Source: Octopus vulgaris (lineage: Eukaryota). From it: 64,000 nt of DNA. The notes beneath the pieces were generated by a model. It ran no database searches and was not told the origin of the DNA. It saw nothing but the letters and a program-made list of their open reading frames with translations. Where the stretch lies: the NCBI GenBank assembly GCA_951406725.2, contig OX597823.1, positions 5,332,001 to 5,396,000 of the forward strand. The letters run 5' to 3'. Below, one piece after another: positions 11,957 to 22,791 of this stretch. Both the position numbers and the translations under genes were made by a program. The first letter of the stretch is position 1, and each line of letters starts with the position of its first letter.

Positions 11957-13085
11957 ACAGGATGTTCCTGAAGTCTTGGGCACATTTCAAGTCCTCATAT
12001 CTGCTGGACTATGATTGGTAGTAAGATGAAACTGGTACCATTTTAAAGATAAATCCATTAAGTTTCTTTGTAATGTTAATGATTTTTTCAAATTTTTGCA
12101 GATCCAGTAATGGCGTTCACTCAACCAGAAAAAGCGTTTTGCCTCCTTGAATTTGCAAAAACTGAATCATGGACACTTGTTCAACATGCATTTCTCACAA
12201 AATTCCGAAAAGAGGCACCAGAAAGGAAGTCCATATTGAGATGGCATGGTAAATTCATGAAGCATGGATGTTTGTGCCCAGCTGAGAGAATGGGACGCCC
12301 CTCAACTTCAGATGATATGGTTGAACGTGTTCCAACTGCCTTCGAGCAGAGCCCACGTAAATCAATCAGAAGAGCCAGTAGGGAACTTCAGCTTCCCACA
12401 ACAACTGTTTGACGTATCTTAAAAAGACGACTGCAGATGACACCTTACAAGCTACAGTTAGTCCCAACAGTTGCTGGGCACTGATAAACCAGCTTGTCGT
12501 GACTTTTGCATTGCAATGTAAGAGAAGTTGGAAGATGACGGATTTGATGACCGGCTTGGTTTTAGCGATGAGGTGACCTTCCACATAAATGGCAAAGTTA
12601 ACAAGCATAACACTCGCATGTGGGGTAGTGAAAACCCACATGAGCTTCTTGAGCATCAGCAAGATTCCCCAAAGGTGAACGTGTTTTGTGTCATGTCCAA
12701 GAAAGCTGTCTACAGACCATTCCTCTTTGAAGGAGCAACAGTCAATGGTGACACGTACCTCGACATGCTGGAAAACTGGTTAAGGGATAAGTTGAGTGAG
12801 GAAGCATCTGACAACTTCATTTTCCAACAAGATGGGGCACCATCGCACTGGAGCCTCAGGGTTAGACAGTATCTGAACACAACACTGCCAGACAGATGGA
12901 TTGGACGGTCTGGGCGAGATGATCCTGTTCTCATGCCCTGGCCTCCCAGGTCTCCAGATCTCACACCCTGCGATTTCTTTTTGCGGGGGTTTATGAAAGG
13001 ACTGGTCTATGTGCCTCCCCTTCCAAAAGACGTGTATGAAGACAACGCAATACTGGAACGCGTTTGGTTTATGTCGCTTACATAA
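11957..13085 (+). mobile_element. Tc1/mariner element of the DD41D (rosa/VS)-like group, pseudogenised and 3'-truncated
   Basis: TA-CAGG start. ORFs 12110-12412 (DUF4817-like HTH, GRP, SPRKSIRRAS) and 12528-13085 (FSDE, FQQDGAPSH, WPPRSPDLTPCDFFL). Confidence 0.85.
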
Positions 13086-13694
13086 ACCCCAGTGCTCAAC
13101 TGGTACTTATTTTCATTGACCCTGAAAGGCAAATTCAACCTTGGCAAAATTTGAACTTAGATGGACAAAATACTGCCAAGCATTTATTCTAGCATGTTAA
13201 TGATTCTTCCAGCACACTGTCTTGATGATGATAATGATGGGCAGCTGACTATATACAGTGTTAAGGTGCCTCACAACTCGTCAGAGAAAAAAAAAAGAGT
13301 AAAAGAGAGAAAACAACAGAAAGACATCAATGATAGCCAAAAGTACATACATAATATGCACAGACCAAAAAGTGATAAAGAGGGAAGGATTCGTATAAGT
13401 GTGAGACGTAGAGTTGGCAAATGTTAGAAAGCATGGAATGTTTGAAGGATGCAGTCTGCTAACATCTGACAATCGATACAAGTTGTTTATTCTATACTTC
13501 TACAATTCTGAAAGTCATGGGTGCTGTGCTATTTTTTGACTTTATAAACATAGGTGTGGCTGTGTGGTAAGAAGTTTGCTTCCGAACCACACGGTTCTGT
13601 GTTCAGCTCCACTGTGTGGCACCTTGGACAAGTGTTTCTACAATAGCATCAAAGCCTTGCGAGTGGATTTGGTAGACAGAAACTGAAAGAAGCT

Positions 13695-13743
<49 letters not shown>

Positions 13744-13774
13744 CATTTATTTATTTACAGATATATATATATGT

Positions 13775-14077
13775 GGAGGCGCAATGGCCCAGTGGTTAGG
13801 GCAGCGGACTCATGGTCGTAGGATCGCGGTTTCGATTCCCAGACCAGGCATTGTGAGTGTTTATTGAGCGAAAACACCTAAAAGCACCACGAGGCTCCGG
13901 CAGGGGGTGGTGATCCCTGCTGTACTCTTTCACCACACTTTCTTTCACTCTTTCTTCTGTTGGCCTGCTCGCTTAGCCAGCGGGGTGGCGTCATTCGAAG
14001 GCTAAAACAATGCGAACGCATTGTGACCAGCGATGTGTAACAACATCTGATGGTCTGGTCGGTCACGTAATCACGTA
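13775..14077 (+). mobile_element. Young tRNA-derived SINE within a (TA)n tract
   Basis: Head GGAGGCGCAATGGCCCAGTGGTTAGG...GGTTTCGATTCCC. The first ~170 bp match 10357-10725 but the 3' part differs. Confidence 0.8.
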
Positions 14078-14127
14078 AATATATATATATATACATATAT
14101 ATATATAGAGGGAGAGAGAGAGAGAAA

Positions 14128-14954
14128 GTGCAGTGAATAAACTGTCATCTAAATTACACAAAAATGAAAATAACACTGATATCTCGTTTTAACAGATATA
14201 TTTACCAAAATTACATAAAAAAAAGGCAGAGATATTGTTTTCAGTGATGTTTATTTGTCCAGGGACAATATATCTCAATAGTAAATTTATTCAATAAAAT
14301 CATCATTGGCTTCAGCCATGGACTCCAGACTAGTTCAGAATCTCTTGCAACTCTTCTGGACAGTCTCCTTGTTTAAATTGGTGAATACTGCCATAATCCT
14401 TGCCTTCAGTTCATCTGCATTACAAGGAGTTTTGTTGGTCTCTCACACAACTACGCTTCACACATAATAATCAAGGGGGTTGCAGTCTGGGGAGTTAAGA
14501 AGCCAGATGTTAGGGTTGATGTGGTTGCAGAAACTGTCTGACAGCCATGACTGGGTTCTCCAACTTGTGTGGCATGGTGCAGAGTCCTGCTGTCAGATGT
14601 ATGCTGTCAGTGTTGAGTCTGAGGCCGTGTGGGAAGATGAATGGAAGCATCATGTTGCCGTCACCAGTGATCACTCCAAAAATCATGATGTTGACGGGAT
14701 GTTTGATTTTTATCACAGCAAGCCAACGGTTGTTCTGTGTGTTCACCATCTGTCCGTATGGGAGCTTCCGGTGTGAATACCAAGCAGTACAGCATGTCGT
14801 TTCCAAATTTCTGGTAGAGTGAATTGCATCATGGTGCTGTTTTTCTCAGACAGTGCCCAACTGACCCTACTATACTGTATCAACAAAATCAAAAACAATG
14901 CGCATACACGAAATTAAAAATATAAAATGGAGACAATTTACCCATTGTACCCTG
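14128..14954 (-). mobile_element. Internally deleted maT (DD37D-like) Tc1/mariner element
   Basis: Minus frames give KHPVNIMIFGVITGDGNMMLPFIFPHGLRLNT and WLLNSPDCNPLDYYV. Degenerate TIRs (CAGGGTACAATGGGTAAATTGTC). Confidence 0.75.
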
Positions 14955-14992
14955 TATATACATACACGTGTGTGTGTGTGTGTGTGTGTATG

Positions 14993-15023
<31 letters not shown>

Positions 15024-15724
15024 ATGTATATATATATATCAATCAGTTTGTGTGTGTTTTTGTGTTTGTCCTCTACCACTGCTTGACAACCCATGTAACT
15101 CAATGGTTTGGCAAAAGAGCCCAATACGAGGCGTTACAAAAAATGATAAGTCCTGGGGTTGATTCATTCAACTAAAATTCCTCAAGGTGGGGCCCCAGTA
15201 TGGTCACAGCTTAATGATTGAAATGAGTAAACAATAAAACAAGATATAAGAAATGGTGAGAGTGCATGTATGGCAGTCACAACACAACCACATGTACGTG
15301 AGTTGTGGTTTTTTAAGTATCAGTGTTGCAGGGTTATTAACAGATGTTCAATGCGGAAGCATTCTCTCCTTCCAATAGAGTCCCAGCTGTGCAAAGAATG
15401 TCATGCTTTGAGAACTTCTCAACAAATATGCTTTTTGTTTCCTCAGTAAATGTAACAGTTTGGGTCATAAGTAATTCATCGGCAGGTGGTACTGTATGGC
15501 ACATAGACATAGTGAGGTATTTAGTTGGTGTTATTGCTTAGACTCAGGACAGCTTTAATCAAGTGGGCTAGTAATCAAAGGCATTCCATCTTATTCATCT
15601 AGGACCTCATTATCCAAAGTATCTTTTTTTTTTCTGGTTTTATATATATATATATATATATATGCAATATATGTAAACATACATTGCATATGTTGTTAGG
15701 CTTATATGTCCTAAGGATATATTT

Positions 15725-16358
15725 CTTTTATTTCTTGTACTTGTTTCAGTAATTTGACTGTGGCCATGCTGGAGCACCACCTTTAGTCAAACAAATAAAC
15801 CGCAGAACTAATTCTGTGTGAACCTAGTACTTGTTCTATTGCTCTTTTTTGCCGAACTGCTAAGTTACAGAGACGTAAACATGCCAACATCAGTTGTCAA
15901 GCAATGGTGGAGAGACAAACACAGACACACAAATATAATCATTATCATCATTGTTTAACATCTGCTTTCCATGCTGGCATAGGTTGGACAGTTTGACTGA
16001 GGACTGGCGAACCAGATGGATGCACCAGGCTCCAATCTGATCTGGCATAGTTTCTACAGCTGGATGCCCTTCCTAACGCCAACCACTCCGAGAGTGTAAT
16101 GGGTGCTTTTACATGCCACTGGCAACGGCCACACTCAAATGGTGTCTTCTACGTGCCACCTTCACAGGAGTCAGTCCAGCGGCACTGGCAATGACCTCGC
16201 TCGAATGTTGTTTTTCACATGTCACTGGCACAAGTGCCAGTAAGGTGATGCTGGTAACGATCACACTTGAATGGTGCTTTTTACATGCTTATACATATAT
16301 ATATATATATGATGGGCTTCTTTCAGTTTCCCTCAACCAAATCCACTCACAAGGCTTA
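15725..16358 (-). mobile_element. SINE interrupted by an RTE 3' UTR fragment (~15940-16290)
   Basis: SINE tail half at 15725-15935 and body half at 16310-16358 flank an (ATC)n-tailed RTE 3' UTR. Confidence 0.7.
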
Positions 16359-16369
16359 GTGAGTTCTCA

Positions 16370-17080
16370 TCCTCAAGAAATGCGTTAGGTAGAAACATTG
16401 TTGTTGGCCTTGACAGTAAAGCTTTTGACCAGGCCTGACACACAAATCTCTTACTAGAATTGCATGTCTATGGATGCTGTTCATTTCTCATCTCTTTCAT
16501 TTGATGGCTTCCTGTCAGATCACACATGCACGTACTAATTGTGCTCCCGCTAACCTTCTACTATCAACTCTAATGTGTTCAAGATCTGATTTAGTCCCAC
16601 CCACCTGACATACATCCTTCCCTCAATTCATCGATGACCTTTTTGACATTACTTCCATGAACACCCAGTCTTACACAGATAATATTACTCTTCATTCCTC
16701 CTTAACCTTTCAAATCCAAGGGTTATCCACATGTAACCTAGATACCAGATGCTAAACCTGCACCAACTCCTTATACCGAAACTGCTAACATATGTTTCAA
16801 TGGAGTCTTTCAACTCCACTAAGACTCTACTGTCCCAAACCTGAAGAACAGGCAACTAGAAAAATACAAAGTTGCTCCTAATGCTAGATGTTACCATCAA
16901 CGAGGGTTTCTCTCTTAAAGAATTCACATCCTCAACTTAGCAAGACTGAATTACTAAGACTTGCCTTTCTCTTCAGAAATGAAAAGTACTTCTCAACAAT
17001 TTCATGACCCTCTACAAAGCTTAGGTGAAACCCATTATTCCCACATTTGGGATATATTGCCAGGATTGCCAAGACAAATT
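16370..17080 (+). mobile_element. Heavily decayed CR1/jockey-group LINE reverse transcriptase fragment
   Basis: LD-SKAFDQA*HTNLLLEL..YG (RT domain 3) and FIDDL...SYTDNITL (YADD region) across frameshifts. Confidence 0.6.
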
Positions 17081-17599
17081 TTGCAAGGTGAAACAAGGTT
17101 GTTTTTGGGTCCCACCTGAGAAGCAAGAGACCTCCTCCACTTCCAGTCAGAAATTTACAGATAGTCCTGCTTTCTTGGATCTGAGTATCAGACCAATAAA
17201 CAAGCTGAACCCATCTCTCAGAGGATCTGATAAAGTACCGTACCAGTCAATATAGCCACTCCCAGAAAATGTGTAGCCATGTGTCTACGAATAAATGTTG
17301 TATGAACGACAATCTGGACATAGTTTGTCACTGTAACAAAATGTACCGCACAGTCCTTGCCGTTAAATGTTCAAATAATCCTCCAATCATATTTACAACC
17401 CCGCTTTCCAGAACATTACCCCCCCCCCGTACAGTAAAGGCATATATGAAAATATAAAATGTTAAACAAATAATCCCAAAAATATTTTGTTTATTGATCG
17501 ATCAGATCAAAATAAACAATTAGACGAATATGTTCTAAAATAAATAAAAAAAAGAAAAAGGAAAATATAAAAGTCACCGAGAAACGCCAGAATGAAGTC

Positions 17600-17800
17600 T
17601 TTATGAACACACGGTGATAACGGTTTAACCGTTTCAGCTTAAAACAGGAGAGAGAAAAAAATCTTCGAATTTATTATTTGCATAAAGAATTCATCAACAA
17701 ATACGTTTAATATTTGGACGATATAAACTTAGTATATTTAAAAGATTATGTGTTGCAGCAAACAACATGGCGCTAGATTATTTAATATCAGACTGCAAAA
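17600..17800. promoter_or_regulatory. Probable promoter region upstream of the ankyrin gene
   Basis: Repeat-free, CpG-retaining sequence. Inverted AACGGT..ACCGTT (~17619-17633), octamer ATTTGCAT (17676-17683) and YY1-like AACATGGCG (17764-17772). Confidence 0.4.
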
Positions 17801-17993
17801 ACAAACTAAAGATTAATTCATTTTCACTGTAGAAACTTCTCAAGCGATAAAGTTATCTACAACTACGATAAAATAAACGAAATGATTTGACATTCTTATT
17901 CAAAACGCTTTTAGTGTGGGGATAGCGAATAATGGCAAACAGTTCCAAGACAAAGGATTCTATCAGGCATAAAGATAACGCTTCATTTTTCAG

Positions 17994-19385
17994 TTGTCTG
18001 GGCGAAGAACCTTTTCGATGCTGAAAAAGTTTAAGTTTAGACATATAGAGTTAATAGCAACGAAGTTATCGGAAATTATTAACTATGGCCCAATTACAGA
18101 GTTTGATTCTTTTATGAAGACTCTAGTTAGCCCGGGAGATATTTGTACAACGATTGACTCCAATGGAGAAACCCCTTTACACATCAGTATTCAGAAAAAC
18201 AAGATGGAGTGTTTGAAAAAGATGCTGGAGCTAGACATCAGTATTAATGCAAGAAATAACAAAGGCTATACACCGTTGGGTTATGCCTTGCTTTATGGAC
18301 ATATGAAAATAGCAAGTGAGTTTGTCGAAAAAGGAGCACAAGTTGATGAAATATGTGTACGAAAGACAGGTAAAACACTACTCCAGAAAATGGTAGCGAT
18401 AAATAAACCGGAAGCAGTACGGTTCCTTTTAGAAAATGGAGCTTTGGTTAACAAATGCGATGAATGTGGTATGGCACCACTACATTTGGCAGTGATTACA
18501 GGTCATAAAATAATGGTCAGTATTTTGTTGGAATTCGGTGCGGATATCAACCAAATAAATAACTTTGAACAATCTCCTCTTCACCTTGCCATCCAGATGA
18601 ACCAGTCTGAAATGAGCAAAATTCTCATAAATAATGGCGCCAACCTTTTGGCGAAGGATAAAGCCGATACAACTATACTCAACATGTCTGTTTCTGTTGG
18701 GAATATAGAAATCTGCAGGCAAATATTGAAACAAACTTCTGTAAATCTCGATACCAGAGAAAAACTGTTTGGTCGTAGTCCATTGCACACAGCCTGTGCC
18801 ATCAAAAGTTACCCTCTGACGAAACTGCTTCTCGACTACGGAGCTAACATTAAACTAATTACTAAGAACCGTAAGGCTCCAATCAATATTGCTACGGAAG
18901 CCGGCTGCACAGATATAGTGAAAATGTTGAAAGAAAAGTCAGAAACACTGGAGAAAACATCACTTCGTAAAAGTCCATTGATATTAGCTGTCGACCAAGG
19001 TCACTTACAAATAGTTCAGTATATTATTAATTCGAAGGGTAATAATGTCAACTGCAGAGATGTGAATGGTATCACCCCACTCCATTATGCTTCAAAGAAT
19101 GGTTTGCTTATGTTTGTGAAAATATTTGTTGAGAACGGAGCCGATGTCAACGCTAAGGACAAAAGATTGAAAACACCACTTCATGAAGCTTTCTTTTATG
19201 GACATGATAGGATAGCGAATTATCTTGTCGAAGCAGGGGCCGACCTGCATTGCTTGGACGACGTTCAAATGTCGCCATTCGATTATAAAACATTGCAAAA
19301 ATTGTGGACAAAGAAACATGTGAGTGATATTTCTAACGGAAACATTTTCATATTTATTCCACAAACAGTTCTGTTTACTAACTAA
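17994..19385 (+). CDS. Ankyrin-repeat protein (about 11 repeats plus a partial 12th); large uninterrupted exon
   Basis: 463-codon ORF with repeated G.TPLH.A...G...IV..LL..GA.VN motifs. A splice acceptor TTCATTTTTCAG lies immediately before 17994 and the first ATG is at 18018. A consensus donor CAT|GTGAGT at 19320 suggests the exon may end at 19319. Confidence 0.92.
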   Translation: MSGRRTFSMLKKFKFRHIELIATKLSEIINYGPITEFDSFMKTLVSPGDICTTIDSNGETPLHISIQKNKMECLKKMLELDISINARNNKGYTPLGYALLYGHMKIASEFVEKGAQVDEICVRKTGKTLLQKMVAINKPEAVRFLLENGALVNKCDECGMAPLHLAVITGHKIMVSILLEFGADINQINNFEQSPLHLAIQMNQSEMSKILINNGANLLAKDKADTTILNMSVSVGNIEICRQILKQTSVNLDTREKLFGRSPLHTACAIKSYPLTKLLLDYGANIKLITKNRKAPINIATEAGCTDIVKMLKEKSETLEKTSLRKSPLILAVDQGHLQIVQYIINSKGNNVNCRDVNGITPLHYASKNGLLMFVKIFVENGADVNAKDKRLKTPLHEAFFYGHDRIANYLVEAGADLHCLDDVQMSPFDYKTLQKLWTKKHVSDISNGNIFIFIPQTVLFTN

Positions 19386-20352
19386 TCTCACTTGTAGTAC
19401 TTAATTCGAACATAATTAACTTTTATGCTCCTACAGTCGCTCCTCCAAGTTATGATAGTTTCTCAAAACCTCGTAAAAAGCTTCTCAAATGTTTACTTTC
19501 CGTGTTTAGAAAATTAAGATAGATATATTCCAGCAAACCTCGCCCTCCACCTATACATACATAGATATATATAATTATTTCAAGGATATAAATACCTCTG
19601 AGAGGGACGTCAGCATCCAAGTTCCCCGGTTTTATCCAATGTATCAATGAAATACTGAAAGATGTTAGCTTCGCATTGATGGACATGGGTCTCTTATCGG
19701 TGACTGGTAATAAAGTCGCAATTAATTATGGGATCCGGACAAAACCCATGTGACCTTTTTCTTTTTTTACCTGGATTCATATTTTCATTTATGTGTAAGA
19801 AAAAGAAAACAGAAATTGACATATCGACATCGATTTACTAAAACAAATGCAATTTCAAACAATGAGTTTCATAGTGTTTGAAATGGGATTTGTTTTAATT
19901 AATTCATGTCTATATGTTAATTTCTCTGTTTTCTTTTGATATGATTCAATTTTGACAAATAAGCATTTAAATGTGATTGGATAATTTCGTAACCGGGTTC
20001 TTTTTTTTGTAAGTATGCAAACTGAAGCAGTAAGTATAAATATACATATATATCGTACAGTATAATATCTGAGAAAACCTTGAGTCAAAAAGAAATTATA
20101 CCTGCCTAGAATAGATTAATTAGTTGTAAATAAATAATTAATTGATAGAGATGTAAGTTTGTTTTATAAATTTTGAACTCGTGGATTAAGTAAATTCCTA
20201 CATTTTAAGAGATCAATAACGGGGTTTTTTTATGTAACGCATACACACACATAGATATAAATATACACGTATAAATAACTATATACACGCAAAATTCATG
20301 TGCACATATAGGGATAAACACATGCATATTTATACATGGACATATGCATATA

Positions 20353-22426
20353 CAGTGGCTTGCAAAAAAGTCTACACCCACTTTGAAAATTTATATATTT
20401 TGTATAATTTAACAGGGAACAATACATTTTTTTCAATTCCAATGATTGTTAAATAATAAGCAGATCCATCACACTTTCCTTTGATATAAAAATTACATTT
20501 TAAAAATTTCACACTGATTCTTAAAATCATATAACTTAGAAAAATATCTTTGCAAAAGTCTACCCCCCTCCCGCCCCCCGATATTAAACTGTGTTATCAG
20601 GTGGTTTGTTATTGATGTATACAAACCCAAACAATCAAAAGTGACATGTGCGTTTTACCATAACAAACAAACTTGGCCAGTCTATTATTTTGCTATATAA
20701 GGTGATTTAACTGCCTACAAAATCATTCACCACATGGTTTTTTTGGTATGTTGGTCTTTGGACTCTGACTGTAAACACAAGATGTCCAACTCGGGAAAGA
20801 AAATGGGCAAGCCTCTGTCTCAGGAAATTAAAAACCTTATTATTCAAAAGTACAATGAAAATAATGGCTATAAAAAAATTGCAAAAACTTTAGAATTGCC
20901 CCTAAGCACTGTTAAAACTGTAGTTAAGAAGTGGTTACTCTTTTGCTCTTTACTCTTTTACTCGTTTCAGTCATTTGACTGCGGCCGTGCTGGAGCACCG
21001 CCTTTAATCGAGCAAATCGACCCCGGGACTTATTCTTTGTAAGCCCAGTACTTATTCTATCGGTCTCTTTTGCCGAACCGCTAAGTGACGGGGACGTAAA
21101 CACACACCAGCATCGGTTGTCAAGCAATGCTAGGGGGACAAACACAGACACACACATACATACATATATATATATACATATATACGACAGGCTTATTTCA
21201 GTTTCCGTCTACCAAATCCACTCACAAGGCATTGGTCGGCCCGGGGCTATAGCAGAAGACACTTGCCCAAGATGCCACGCAGTGGGATTGAACCCAGAAC
21301 CATGTGGTTGGTTAGCAAGCTACTTACCACACAGCCACTCCTGGTTAGTGCACAAAACCACTGCTATCCTACCAAGATCTGGGAGACTGAGCAAACTTAC
21401 CAGAAGAGCAAAGTCAAAACTGTTCCGGGAGGCAACCTCCAACTCTAGTGCAACACTGGAAGACTTGGAAGCTTCAGTTTCCAGTACTGGGACAGGTGTC
21501 CATGCATCTACAATTTCCAGAGTATTGCACCGGTCTGGCTTGCAAGGGAGGGTAGCTAGAAAAGAAACCCCTCTGAAGCCTATACACAAGCAAGCTAGGC
21601 TAAACTTTGCCAAAAGTCACATTAATGATTCCATGACCATGTGGTGAAAGATTTTGTGGTCAGATGAGACCAAAGTTGAGTTATTTGGAAAAAAATACGA
21701 AACGCTATGTTTGACGGAAAAAAGGTACTGCTCACCAACCTCGTTACACCGTCCCACTGTAAAGCATGGTGGTGGCTTGATCATGCTTTGGGGCTGTTTT
21801 TCAGCTGCAGAGCCTGGAGAGTTGGTAACCATCCAAGGTATCATGGACAGTGTTAAGTACCAAGAAATATTGGAGGCAAACCTGCTGAAGTCTGCTAGAG
21901 CTCTGCACTTGGGTCGCAATTTCAAGTTTCAACAAGGTAACGGCCCTAAGCATGTGTCAAAAAACACTAAAGCTTGGTTTGCTAGCAAGAAAATCACAGT
22001 TTTGGAATGGCCCAGCCAGTCTCCAGACCTCAATCCTATACAAAATCTATGGCAAGATCTAAAGCTGGCTGTGCACCGACGTTCCCCATCCAATCTGACA
22101 CAGCTTGAGAAGTTCTGCCATGAAGAATGGCGAAAACTGTCAGCAGACCACAGCAGCAAGCTCCTGGAAGGCTACGCAAGGCGTCTGCAGGCTGTAATTG
22201 ATGCAGCAGGATCATCCACAGAGTATTAGCTGAAGACATTTTTCAAAATTATCTTTTTTTAAGAATCAGTTTTAAATATTTCAAATGTATTTTGTGTATT
22301 AAATAAAAGTGTGATAGATCTGCTTATTAAAACAAATTATTGGAGTTTAAAATGTTAATTGTTCCTATCAAAATAAACAAAATACATCCAGTTTCTAAAT
22401 GGGGTGTAGACTTTTGCAAGGCACTG
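20353..22426 (+). mobile_element. Full-length Tc1 (DD34E-type) element, inactivated
   Basis: TA target duplication and long inverted repeats (CAGTGGCTTGCAAAA...TTTTGCAAGGCACTG) with an inner direct repeat at ~20550. Transposase ~20782-22229 has WSDE, VKHGGG, QQGN (second Asp lost), WPSQSPDLNPIQNLW (Glu lost), a stop at 21645 and a SINE insertion. Confidence 0.93.
20938..21341 (-). mobile_element. Full-length tRNA-derived SINE inserted in the Tc1 transposase
   Basis: 6-bp TSD TGGTTA (20932-20937 and 21342-21347). Box A TGGCTGTGTGG, box B GGTTCAATCCC and an (AAAGAGT)n tail. Removing the insert restores the transposase frame (KKWL-VHKTT). Confidence 0.92.
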
Positions 22427-22452
22427 TATATATATATATATATATATATATA

Positions 22453-22606
22453 CCAATTAAGGACTGAACACGAAAAGTGGACAGTCAACATGCTAGATAT
22501 AGACGTCAAATCGCCATTCACCACAAAAGATTATGTGGTGAATGGCGATTTGACGTCTATATCTAGCATGTTGACTGTCCACTTTTCGTGTTCAATCCTT
22601 AATTGG
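22453..22606. repeat. Near-perfect fold-back, 73-bp arms with an 8-nt loop, in (TA)n
   Basis: 22453-22525 is the reverse complement of 22534-22606 with one mismatch. Confidence 0.95.
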
Positions 22607-22791
22607 TATATATAAATATTTTAATCTTCGGATTCTTTTTTAATATGCTAGACCACTGGTCTTAATTGATAAATATCAATTTCTACCCTTAATTAATTAT
22701 ATATATATATATATATATACCCACACACATGCATACATATATATACACATAGACGTACATACAAATAGGTACATATATATAAATAAATAAA

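Noticed and set aside
13775-13850. tRNA gene
   Set aside because: The tRNA-like head continues into a SINE body shared with 10357-10725, and no acceptor stem or terminator is evident. The same applies to other SINE heads.
14870-15175. Short ORFs rich in CV/YI/TH repeats (also near 40453, 52362, 58204 and 63584)
   Set aside because: These are translations of (TG)n/(TA)n/(CA)n microsatellites.
15340-15541. Frames open on both strands (~65 codons)
   Set aside because: No recognisable domain and no convincing splice sites.
21654-22229. Active or domesticated Tc1 transposase
   Set aside because: Two of three catalytic residues are substituted, and there is an upstream stop and a SINE insertion.
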